From a virus (Duplodnaviria; Caudoviricetes), in IMG/VR virus record IMGVR_UViG_3300005573_000200, positions 1-35,251 of that record: a stretch of DNA of 35,251 nt; one strand, given 5' to 3'. Both the position numbers and the translations under genes were made by a program. Below, one piece after another: positions 27,838 through 35,251 of this stretch. How positions within the stretch are numbered: the stretch's first letter is position 1; the number at the start of each line of letters is the position of its first letter. The notes beneath the pieces were generated by a model. The model had not been told where the DNA came from and searched no databases. It saw only the letters and a program-made list of their open reading frames with translations.

Positions 27838-27872
27838 ATGGCTTGATACAGTATATTGCTGTACCAAGCCAT
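27838..27872 (-). terminator. Rho-independent terminator / stabilising hairpin after SBP gene
   Basis: Minus strand atggcttggtacagcaatatactgtatcaagccat followed by cttattttattatt. Confidence 0.7.
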
Positions 27873-27886
27873 AAGACGAATGGAAC

Positions 27887-29140
27887 TTATTTCTTTACTG
27901 AACTCAATGCTTTCTCAAACTTTTCAATAGCTTCCTTCGGAGTAAGTTTGAAAGTAAGTACCTGCTGAAGAATAGGAAACTGCATTGCACGTCTTTCAAC
28001 AAAGCGTGAATCAGTCAGCCCCACATCCTGTAGGCCATTCTTTGCTATAATATCAATAACCTGCTGTGTTTCTGCAAGCTGTGGCTTAGTAGCAACATCA
28101 GTTCTTGCTGAATATACTCCTATTTCCTTTGTGGCTGTTTCAAAGACTTTTGGTGAGTACAGATATTCAAGAAACTTTACTGCAACTTTATCAATATCAG
28201 TTCCAGTTTTATGAATTACTGCTACATTTCCATTGAAGTAAGTAGGCACTTTATCAACACCAGTAGCTCTTGGGAACGGCACATATTTTACTCTAAATGG
28301 TTTTGTAATAATGCCTTGCTTAATTGCAGATTCCCAATATGATGCCATCCAGTTTGGGAAAAATGCTGTTGCAGCAAGCTGTCCTGATGCCCACTGCATT
28401 ACATAGTCATCATCACACAGTGTTGCAGCATTTGGGGGAACATACTCATTCTTAACAAGTGTCTGGTAGAAAGCATATACTTTCTCACCACCATTCTTTG
28501 CAACAAGGGCAGTATCATAATCTCCATTCTCATACCATTTTACCCCAAATGTTGCATACCAGCCATTGATAAGATAATCACCAGACTGATTCGCAGCAAA
28601 CATTCCTGTTGCCCACTTCTTGCCTTTATACTTCTGTTTCACAAGTTCAGCCATCTTCAAAAAGTCATCAACAGTCCAGTTATCAGGAACTTTGTAACCA
28701 ATTTCATCCATAATATCAAGATTGATGCACATTCCCTGTGCTGAACCAAGCCCAGGCAAGCCAAGCACATTGCCATTCTTTGTATACATCTTCAGTGTTG
28801 TTGCATCCCACTTGTCCAAATCTTTGAATACACCATTCAGCGGAAGTGCAAAACCATCAACCATGTACTTGCTTGCTCTCACCATTGAATCATAGTAGAT
28901 ATTTGGTACATTTCCAGCGGCAAGCATAGCATCCATTGTCAGTGAACTTCCATCCGACAAATCAATCTGCAATACTTTGACTTTCACATTCGGAAAGTCT
29001 TTCTTGAGCTGTTCCTCAGCATAAGCAAAATCAGTAGTGTTACCAATTTTTGTTGGCCCCACTGACAGCACAGTAAGAGTTTGCCCAAATACTGCAATAC
29101 CAGCCATGAGCAACATTGCAAGAACAATTGCTTTCTTCAT
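27887..29140 (-). CDS. Carbohydrate ABC transporter substrate-binding protein (SBP family 1)
   Basis: Signal peptide MKKAIVLAMLLMAGIAVFG|Q; LAAGNVPNI, NLDIMDEIG, WTVDDFL and GQLAA patterns; 417 aa; RBS ggaggt. Confidence 0.9.
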   Translation of the reverse strand: MKKAIVLAMLLMAGIAVFGQTLTVLSVGPTKIGNTTDFAYAEEQLKKDFPNVKVKVLQIDLSDGSSLTMDAMLAAGNVPNIYYDSMVRASKYMVDGFALPLNGVFKDLDKWDATTLKMYTKNGNVLGLPGLGSAQGMCINLDIMDEIGYKVPDNWTVDDFLKMAELVKQKYKGKKWATGMFAANQSGDYLINGWYATFGVKWYENGDYDTALVAKNGGEKVYAFYQTLVKNEYVPPNAATLCDDDYVMQWASGQLAATAFFPNWMASYWESAIKQGIITKPFRVKYVPFPRATGVDKVPTYFNGNVAVIHKTGTDIDKVAVKFLEYLYSPKVFETATKEIGVYSARTDVATKPQLAETQQVIDIIAKNGLQDVGLTDSRFVERRAMQFPILQQVLTFKLTPKEAIEKFEKALSSVKK

Positions 29141-29174
29141 TTCAATAAACCTCCATAAAATGAAAAGATGTGCT

Positions 29175-29187
29175 TATTATATAACAG
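29175..29187 (-). promoter_or_regulatory. Putative promoter for SBP gene (TGTTATATAATA)
   Basis: Variant of the repeated -10 motif ~35 nt upstream of the ATG. Confidence 0.5.
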
Positions 29188-29229
29188 AATATGTTGAAAT
29201 TTTAAGTACTTTTATTTCAAATTACTTTA

Positions 29230-29238
29230 TGATATAAT
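29230..29238 (+). promoter_or_regulatory. Extended -10 promoter TGATATAAT, divergent from SBP promoter
   Basis: Consensus TGnTATAAT ending 7 nt before the first hairpin at 29246. Confidence 0.6.
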
Positions 29239-29245
29239 CTACAAT

Positions 29246-29405
29246 GAATCTGAACTGCACCATTGTGCAGGGTAGGATTCCCCAGGCTTATCAATTTTGA
29301 TTTGCCCAGTGATACTCATCTACCTATGGTAGAATGAGCTGAGGGGCTGGTTAACAGCCAGTTCCCTTGACTCTAGCTAGTATGTCTACTAGCTAGAGCC
29401 TTTCT
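29246..29405 (+). ncRNA. Putative structured non-coding RNA of unknown family
   Basis: Four to five back-to-back stem-loops in an ORF-free gap, with an upstream extended -10 and a terminal 12-bp perfect hairpin ctctagctagta/tactagctagag followed by cctttct. Confidence 0.55.
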
Positions 29406-29818
29406 ATGTGCAAATGCCCTATCGTTCCATATTCTTCTAATGGATAATATTCTTCAACTAAATTTGCTAACTCAATAATAGCTTCCTCAAATGTATCAGC
29501 CCCACAATCCAATCGAACATCATGGAAATGAACCCATTTACCACCAAGTGTTTTCTGAATATTTTCATCAGTTTCCTCATACCAAGGCCCAAATTCCAAC
29601 CAAACTTCCGTTTTTGTGTTTTTACTTTCATCATCATCTATTTTATGAGTAGCAGGGTTAACTTTTTGTACATCAATATTCAGAAGGTACTGGAAATCAC
29701 TAGACTCAATAGCTCCACCGTATATATGTTTGGTAGCTTCATACAAAGGCTTACTTATAAATGCTCCGTGTTCTACAAGATACCACCATGCTTCATAAAA
29801 ATCTGTAAATTTTTTCAT
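29393..29818 (-). CDS. Hypothetical phage protein
   Basis: 141 aa, RBS aaggaggt. Confidence 0.65.
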   Translation of the reverse strand: MKKFTDFYEAWWYLVEHGAFISKPLYEATKHIYGGAIESSDFQYLLNIDVQKVNPATHKIDDDESKNTKTEVWLEFGPWYEETDENIQKTLGGKWVHFHDVRLDCGADTFEEAIIELANLVEEYYPLEEYGTIGHLHIERL

Positions 29819-29843
29819 ACAATACCTCCTTAACCATCATCTT

Positions 29844-30101
29844 TTAACAGCTATTGACAATTTGCATAATTCTGCGTTCTGAAAGAGCATAGTTTTTTGC
29901 AAGATGCTTGTACACATCCATCTTGTTTTTTCCTGATGCAACAAGTTGTTCATACTCATTCTTTATTATGCTGTCTCGTTGCAACGGAAGTGGCTTATCT
30001 GGAATATAAATCTTCAAGCCACCAAGCAACTCACAGATTTCCTGCATCTTCTCCTTTCCAACAATGTTCTGTAGTATTGAACCTGCTGATGTTTCCTTCA
30101 T
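29844..30101 (-). CDS. Mor/C-family transcription activator-like protein
   Basis: LGGLKIYIP, RDSIIKNEY and HTH LAKNYALSERRIMQIV. Confidence 0.85.
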   Translation of the reverse strand: MKETSAGSILQNIVGKEKMQEICELLGGLKIYIPDKPLPLQRDSIIKNEYEQLVASGKNKMDVYKHLAKNYALSERRIMQIVNSC

Positions 30102-30104
30102 AAG

Positions 30105-30593
30105 CTATCCATCCTTTGCGATGCTTTTTGAAAATAATGTTTCAAATGTACTCCAAGCCATTGTAACTGTTGTTACTGGCAATGATTTTGTACGAATAAC
30201 AAGAAGCCAGTTTTCTTCATCAGCATATTTTCTTGCCTGCTCTACAAATGCATGAAAACTGATATTCTCACAACTTTTGCACTCAACTACAAATGGAAAC
30301 TTCTTCTTTGCTTCACCACGAAGGATAACATCTGCACCGCTTTGCCCCATCTCTCTTGAATGAATCTCACAATTATCATCATGCTGATTAAATTGCATAC
30401 CAAGCAACTGGGCAATACGTTCTGCAACCCAATACTGTAAGTTTCTGCCTTTTGATTTTGCACTTGAAGTCTTTATGGTAGTTTCAGATCGTTGTAACTT
30501 CTTTACGATACTTTCAGCAGATGCAACAGTACTCAATGAAGCTACTATGGTGTTACGTTCTTTATCGGTCAGATGTATCCATCGTGATGCCAT
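30105..30593 (-). CDS. Holliday junction resolvase-like PD-(D/E)xK nuclease
   Basis: SAKSKGRNLQ, GADVIL and VECK motifs; near the recombinase. Confidence 0.8.
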   Translation of the reverse strand: MASRWIHLTDKERNTIVASLSTVASAESIVKKLQRSETTIKTSSAKSKGRNLQYWVAERIAQLLGMQFNQHDDNCEIHSREMGQSGADVILRGEAKKKFPFVVECKSCENISFHAFVEQARKYADEENWLLVIRTKSLPVTTVTMAWSTFETLFSKSIAKDG

Positions 30594-30599
30594 ACATGC

Positions 30600-30860
30600 T
30601 CACTCCTTTGATGTCATTTTCAGAAGAATTGAATCCATGCCAATTGCTGCATACACATCAAGTAGCTTCTCGTTCTCCGTATTTGCTTTAAGTTCAGCAA
30701 TAGCCATTGAACTTGTTTTTCCAGTTTGTAAAATACTTATGTATTGCATCCATACTTCATACAGTGCATGTTCATCAACACCAAAATCTTCAATGATACT
30801 TATATCAGGCTGTACTTTCTCGGTCTGTTTGTTGCTACCGACTTCTCTATTGTTTCCCAT
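30600..30860 (-). CDS. Hypothetical protein
   Basis: 86 aa; GGAGG just before the ATG, which lies inside the recA-like 3' end (61-nt overlap). Confidence 0.5.
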   Translation of the reverse strand: MGNNREVGSNKQTEKVQPDISIIEDFGVDEHALYEVWMQYISILQTGKTSSMAIAELKANTENEKLLDVYAAIGMDSILLKMTSKE

Positions 30861-32026
30861 TTTTCCTCCACCCTTTTCTGAAGCTCTTTCTCCAGATGAT
30901 TGCTTTCAATAAATGAGATTAACTCATTCCGACCCATCTTTGCCATAAACTGTTGATTAAACTTATCTTTCAGCTTTTCATTGTTTGAAAGCCATTCAAC
31001 AACCTCACTTTTCTTCAATGTAGGCTTTACTGTTTTTCTATATTCCTCTTCAACACCATTCTCAATAAGAAATTGTTTTAGGTTTTCAAGATTCAGCTCC
31101 TTTCCATCCCATGATGCTTCTGCTCCTTTTACCAGCTCACCTTTATCTGTTCTAAAATCAAACAGATAATCTAAGTTTGTAGCAATGTCATCAACTCCAT
31201 AATCAAACTTCAAATCAAAGTATATTTCTCTGAATGGCCGTGGTGTTTTGCTCTTCGTTGTTTTTGCTTTGATAGTTGCACCTACTACAATTCCTTTTGC
31301 CTTTACTTTGTTGACCATTGCAAGCCACAATACGGTATGTGCATAAAAGTCCATTGCTTTACCACCAGTACGCACATATTTCTCAAAGCTCATAGGTTCA
31401 ACATTTTCTCTTACTTGTGAGATAATCACAAGTAAACAGTTTGTTTTTTCCAATATCCCAGCCATTTGTGGAAAGAACTCTTGGGAAAGATACTTTGCTT
31501 TTCCCATTCGATAAGAATTTTGCTTTGCCTCTTTTCCCTCCTGTGCTTTTTTGTAGTGTTCATCGGCCAACTCATCAAGCTCTTTTGATGTTAGCCCATC
31601 AAGTGAATCAACACCATAAATACCAACTTCATTTGGCTTCAACGATTCTGCAAAGCTCCGCACATTCACATACAATTCTTCAACAGTACTTGATTTTGTT
31701 CTTTCAGCACTATCTTGTGGCATAATTTCAAATCCATACAAATTTTTTGTATCGAATGTAAACCCGCTTTCGCAGTCATCATACACCCATTTGAAGTTCT
31801 TGCCATACCTGTAGTAGTTTGCTGCAATAAGCTCACACAAAAGAAAACTTTTTGAAGCGGCCTTATCACCCACAATGTTAATAATCTTCCCATATGGATA
31901 ACCATACCCAACACCACCACCTACACATAAATCAAGTAAAAATGAACCAGTTGGAGCATAAAATTGCTTTGGTTTTGTTTCTTCTGTGCCATTCATTATC
32001 ACATTCCTTATCTCATCGGTATTCAT
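30800..32026 (-). CDS. RecA/UvsX-like recombinase
   Basis: TGSFLLDL, GYPYGKIINIVG, Walker A variant GDKAASKS, VDSL, ISQVR, TGGKAMDFYA and YGVD. Confidence 0.9.
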   Translation of the reverse strand: MNTDEIRNVIMNGTEETKPKQFYAPTGSFLLDLCVGGGVGYGYPYGKIINIVGDKAASKSFLLCELIAANYYRYGKNFKWVYDDCESGFTFDTKNLYGFEIMPQDSAERTKSSTVEELYVNVRSFAESLKPNEVGIYGVDSLDGLTSKELDELADEHYKKAQEGKEAKQNSYRMGKAKYLSQEFFPQMAGILEKTNCLLVIISQVRENVEPMSFEKYVRTGGKAMDFYAHTVLWLAMVNKVKAKGIVVGATIKAKTTKSKTPRPFREIYFDLKFDYGVDDIATNLDYLFDFRTDKGELVKGAEASWDGKELNLENLKQFLIENGVEEEYRKTVKPTLKKSEVVEWLSNNEKLKDKFNQQFMAKMGRNELISFIESNHLEKELQKRVEEKWETIEKSVATNRPRKYSLI

Positions 32027-32041
32027 AGCTTTTGCATAATC

Positions 32042-32078
32042 TTGCTAGTAAGTACAATTATATTATACTTACTAGCAA
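32042..32078. promoter_or_regulatory. 13-bp inverted repeat overlapping a TATAAT between ssb and recA-like genes (operator or terminator)
   Basis: ttgctagtaagta (32042-32054) / tacttactagcaa (32066-32078); minus strand reads AGTATAATATAA across arm and loop. Confidence 0.6.
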
Positions 32079-32085
32079 AAAGATA

Positions 32086-33162
32086 CTATTTCTTCAGCTT
32101 TTTTGAAGCTCTGTAGCAATCAGAAAAAACTTCGCAATCATCACATTTTGGGTCAGTTTCACAATCAATTCCAAAGCGAAGCCCATATGGACATTTGTTA
32201 TCTTCAACTTCAACTGGTGCTTTCTTTTGCTTTGCTACAGGCTTCTCTTCATCTTCTTCAACTGGTGCTTTTTTTGGTTTTGCTACAGGCTTATCCTCAT
32301 CTTCATCATCTTCAACTGATGCTTTCTTTGGCTTTGTTACGGGTTTTTCATCTTCCTCCTCATCTTCCTCCTCCTCTTCTTCTTCCTCTTCCTCTTCTTC
32401 CTCAACTGCTACTTCATCTTTTGTTTCACCGTAGTCATCGTCCTCACCATAGAAAAGCTTCTCAATATCCTCATAAGAATGTACTACAAGAAATTCATCA
32501 AGGCTGAGAATATCTTTCTTCAGTGCCTTATCAAGTGGCTCTTCCCTATCCACAAACTTAAATGATTTAAACTCAAAATACTTCTTGCCAGCACCAAAGC
32601 TCTCTTCTGTTGCTCTAAACTGAACTGCTTTCCCATTCCTGAAGTCTACAAAATCAATCGCTTCATCTCCATCACTTGCTGCACCAGCTTCATCCATCAT
32701 TTCCTTATGAAAATTCTTGAAGCTTGCTTGAAAAATCTGTACACCAGCATTTGTATCATCTGCATCAACAATGTTGTAGAATACTCGATGAGAAGGATTC
32801 AGTTTTGATGCTTCATCTTTCTTTCCTTCTTCACGTAGTTTATCTGCCTGCTCGCAGATGGGGCATGGCTTTCCAAAATTGCGTTTGGGGCAAAGAATTT
32901 CAGCACCACTCGGCCCTACAAACTGATGAATCCAAATATCAAGTACAAAATCTTCATCACCTATTTCAGCATCCTTTGAACGAACCAAAGGATGATTCTT
33001 CGTTTTAATTGTATAAGGAAGAATGTTTATAGTATTACGCTTTGATGCTTTTGGCTTCCAAAATTTTACATCTTCTGGAAAGTTCAATGCTCTAGCTCTT
33101 GTTCCAGAACCTTTGTCCCTGTCATGATACCTCTTTTTCAGAATATCTCTCAAATTTGACAT
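32086..33162 (-). CDS. gp32-like single-stranded DNA-binding protein
   Basis: FWKP, INILPY, H..., CPKRNFGKPCPICE and RVFYNIVD; long acidic linker; lies between uvsY-like and recA-like genes. Confidence 0.78.
   Translation of the reverse strand: MSNLRDILKKRYHDRDKGSGTRARALNFPEDVKFWKPKASKRNTINILPYTIKTKNHPLVRSKDAEIGDEDFVLDIWIHQFVGPSGAEILCPKRNFGKPCPICEQADKLREEGKKDEASKLNPSHRVFYNIVDADDTNAGVQIFQASFKNFHKEMMDEAGAASDGDEAIDFVDFRNGKAVQFRATEESFGAGKKYFEFKSFKFVDREEPLDKALKKDILSLDEFLVVHSYEDIEKLFYGEDDDYGETKDEVAVEEEEEEEEEEEEEDEEEDEKPVTKPKKASVEDDEDEDKPVAKPKKAPVEEDEEKPVAKQKKAPVEVEDNKCPYGLRFGIDCETDPKCDDCEVFSDCYRASKKLKK
32202..32403 (-). repeat. Low-complexity poly-Glu tract and three EKPVxKxKKAxVE repeats in SSB
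   Basis: tcttcc/tcctcc runs; tcaactgRtgcttt occurs three times. Confidence 0.85.
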
Positions 33163-33166
33163 TGTG

Positions 33167-33346
33167 TTAGTCCTCCCTGAACTTCATATATTTGATAGTC
33201 TCTTTCTCAAGTGCTGACAGCACTTCCTGTACATTCTGCCCGTCATTGATGGCAGCAGTAAGTTCAATATCCAGCGTTTCATAATTGCCAAGATTGAACT
33301 TCCTTCTAAATGAAACCTCCTTCACTGTAACATCATCAATCTTCAT
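33167..33346 (-). CDS. 59-aa hypothetical protein (not on ORF track)
   Basis: Hand translation MKIDDVTVKEVSFRRKFNLGNYETLDIEL...KFRED; RBS ggaggt. Confidence 0.65.
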   Translation of the reverse strand: MKIDDVTVKEVSFRRKFNLGNYETLDIELTAAINDGQNVQEVLSALEKETIKYMKFRED

Positions 33347-33815
33347 CTTTCATTACCTCCTTTCTTTTCTTCAGCATTTTCCGCACATCACTTGTAGCTA
33401 CATCTGTATCTTTTGCCCCGCCATTTGGTGTAGCATAGAACCCTTTGATAAGAAGCTGTGTCAAGTCATCAAGCATAGAACGCCGATGCTCCATTGCTGA
33501 ACGTGCAGCTTCAAGCGTGTAAACTTCTGCCTGTAGCTGTCGTACTTCTTCCTTTACTGCCAGCACATCTTTATGCATGGTAACTTTTGCAGCAACACCA
33601 GCCTCCGTCATCTTTCCATCAGCATCTTGATTCCATGTTGCTCTGATAGTGCTTTCAACTTCAGCAAGCAACAGTTTGAGTTTGTCGTTTGCTGCATCTA
33701 CTTTTGCTTTTGCTGTAGCAAGTGCATCAGCAACTTGATGGTACAGCCCAGCATGTTCCTGGCACTCATCAGGAAGTCTGTATTTGTTAATCTTCACCAT
33801 CTCTGCAAAGTTCAT
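33336..33815 (-). CDS. UvsY-like recombination mediator (coiled coil)
   Basis: Helical protein with KMTEAGVAAKV and MEHRRSMLDDL; synteny with ssb and recA-like genes. Confidence 0.6.
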   Translation of the reverse strand: MNFAEMVKINKYRLPDECQEHAGLYHQVADALATAKAKVDAANDKLKLLLAEVESTIRATWNQDADGKMTEAGVAAKVTMHKDVLAVKEEVRQLQAEVYTLEAARSAMEHRRSMLDDLTQLLIKGFYATPNGGAKDTDVATSDVRKMLKKRKEVMKDED

Positions 33816-34276
33816 TCGTCCGTCTCCTCCTCATATTCATCAAACATTTCATCAAACTCATCATCAACCATGTCTCCATCAATGAATGGTTCATCCTCTT
33901 CGATGTCTGGCTCATCTTCATTTGTGTCAAATTCTTCCTCATCAAGAAAATCATCTTCTAAATCTTCCATAGGTTTCTCCTTTTCTGGGTCTATTAAACT
34001 ATTAGCTAACTCAATCTGCACCTTGCCCCCATTTCTCTTTGCTTTGATTGCAGCAGCAGAAAGCTGCAATTTTGAATCCGTCTTTCTTTCTTTTGGTAAA
34101 ACATTTCCAGCCAACTTTACAATATATGCAAGAATTGATTCAAACTTCTTAGTTTCAGTTTTTGTAAAATCAGTCCCATTCTTTCCAGCAGTCAGCTTAA
34201 TTCCAAAGTAAGTAGCTATCTCTCGAACTAATGTAATAGGAACTTGATACTTTTCTGAAAGCTCTTTACTTGTCAT
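33812..34276 (-). CDS. Hypothetical protein with N-terminal HTH-like region and acidic tail
   Basis: MTSKELSEKYQVPITLVREIA; Asp/Glu-rich C-terminal ~45 aa. Confidence 0.6.
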   Translation of the reverse strand: MTSKELSEKYQVPITLVREIATYFGIKLTAGKNGTDFTKTETKKFESILAYIVKLAGNVLPKERKTDSKLQLSAAAIKAKRNGGKVQIELANSLIDPEKEKPMEDLEDDFLDEEEFDTNEDEPDIEEDEPFIDGDMVDDEFDEMFDEYEEETDE

Positions 34277-34297
34277 TTGCTCACTCCTTCTTATACA

Positions 34298-34313
34298 TAT
34301 ATTATATCACATT
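34298..34313 (-). promoter_or_regulatory. Extended -10 promoter motif AATGTGATATAATATA
   Basis: 16-nt match to the copies at 17451 and 24477; upstream of RBS aaggag. Confidence 0.75.
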
Positions 34314-34315
34314 CT

Positions 34316-35248
34316 TTAAGAAATTGTTCGCAAACATGCTAAAGTTATTCCAAATTTTCCATTATTGTAGGTTGGCTCGGAAAAAGCTTCAAGAGCCAGC
34401 ATTGCTCGTGGACTTTTCTTTCCATTCAAAAGCACTGCATTCATGTAGCCAAGCACTGCATACCGCACATTTTCTGAATCAGTAAGCTTGCCATTTGCTG
34501 AAAGTTTCTTCAATAGAGATGCAATAGCTATCCAGTTACTTCTCTCATCAAGCAATGCTCTGCATAGCTCAATCACTTCAGCATCATCTTCTGTAATATG
34601 GTTATGCTTGATAAACTTTATCTGTTCTGCTTCATCAAGCTCTATTACTTGTTCAAGCAATACTAATGCTCTTCGTGGGCAGCCATCTGAAGCTAGTGCA
34701 ATTTCTTCAAGCACTTCTTGTGAAATTGAAAGTTCTTCAAGTTTTATTACTCTTTTCAGCAATTTTACAAGCTGTTCTTCCTTCAAAAGCAAAAACTTCA
34801 CTTCTGTACATCGTGTTTTCAGTGCAGGTATCAGCTTTTGTGTATCAGTTGTACAAAGAATAAAGTAGACATGAGCAGGAGTTTCTTCGAGCGGCCTGAG
34901 CATAGCATTTTGGAAGTCTGCAGTTGTTTTCTGACATTCTTCAATAATATAAACAGTACAATCACCAGACATCGGTGTCATTCTCATCTGCTGAATAATC
35001 TCTCGTGCAGTATCAATACCTCTGTTATTTGAAGAATTTATCTCGTGAATATCAATATCATCTGCTCCAAGTTTCTTTGCAATGATTCGTGCTGTGGTAG
35101 ACTTCCCAGTGCCGGCTGGCCCAGAAAGAAGGAATACGTGTGGCCTATCCTTTCTCTCAAGCAATGATTGAAGCGATTGCAGGGCAAGTTCATTGCCAAT
35201 CATCTCACTGAAATCAGTTGGTCGATACCTCAAATACAAACTAGCCAT
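34316..35248 (-). CDS. dnaX: Clamp loader AAA+ ATPase, DNA polymerase III gamma/tau-like
   Basis: LYLRYRP, Walker A GPAGTGKST, NRGID, Walker B variant IIEECQ, LEETP, FILCTT and KTRC arginine finger. Confidence 0.88.
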   Translation of the reverse strand: MASLYLRYRPTDFSEMIGNELALQSLQSLLERKDRPHVFLLSGPAGTGKSTTARIIAKKLGADDIDIHEINSSNNRGIDTAREIIQQMRMTPMSGDCTVYIIEECQKTTADFQNAMLRPLEETPAHVYFILCTTDTQKLIPALKTRCTEVKFLLLKEEQLVKLLKRVIKLEELSISQEVLEEIALASDGCPRRALVLLEQVIELDEAEQIKFIKHNHITEDDAEVIELCRALLDERSNWIAIASLLKKLSANGKLTDSENVRYAVLGYMNAVLLNGKKSPRAMLALEAFSEPTYNNGKFGITLACLRTIS

Positions 35249-35251
35249 GCT

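Noticed and set aside
24619-29140. ABC transporter as flanking host chromosome (prophage boundary or contamination)
   Set aside because: The genes are interleaved and translationally coupled with phage-type ORFs, share strand, composition and apparent GATC avoidance, and are flanked on both sides by phage genes. No integrase or att site is seen. Read mapping is still needed for certainty.
29285-29352. Resemblance to SAM-I riboswitch fragments (cttatcaa ... gagctgaggggctgg)
   Set aside because: The fragments are ~45 nt too far apart, the GCAAC/GUGC core and closing GAU strand are absent, and no gene lies downstream on that strand.
29246-29405. tRNA, tmRNA or known self-cleaving ribozyme
   Set aside because: No cloverleaf, T-loop GTTCRA or CCA end; no hammerhead CUGAUGA/GAAA core or twister consensus recognised.
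14696-35032. Plus-strand ORFs within the minus-strand arm (e.g. 15135..15566, 24266..24838, 33573..34211)
   Set aside because: Antisense to well-supported genes, with no recognisable motifs.
1-35251. Stop-codon reassignment
   Set aside because: TAA, TGA and TAG all end intact genes and coding density is high under the standard code; the split SbcC halves are separated by other genes, not by an in-frame stop.

Overview
This AT-rich 35 kb window is a segment of a tailed dsDNA bacteriophage genome with two convergent gene arms. The + strand arm (1-14314) carries the 3' part of a very long tape measure gene, tail proteins, a repeat-rich tail fibre with an intramolecular chaperone, a second fibre with its assembly factor, a lysis cassette (holin-like genes, M15 endolysin, a dual-frame spanin-like pair) and a metallophosphoesterase. 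The - strand arm (14346-35248) carries replication/recombination genes: clamp loader DnaX-like, UvsY-like, gp32-like SSB, RecA/UvsX-like, Holliday junction resolvase, Mor-like activator, and a Rad50/SbcC split around Mre11/SbcD. Between these sits an accessory region. Best candidates for novelty: (1) a phage-encoded CMP-nonulosonate synthetase plus Maf-type glycosyltransferase, with an ATPase-less sugar ABC importer dispersed among phage ORFs nearby, suggesting an import-activate-transfer glycosylation system; (2) two coiled-coil membrane proteins encoded in different frames over 548 nt behind a single Shine-Dalgarno, without a lipobox; (3) a promoter- and terminator-bounded, multi-hairpin ~160 nt putative ncRNA at 29246-29405. 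A spirochaete-like host is only a weak inference. All assignments come from reading motifs by eye; no searches were run.
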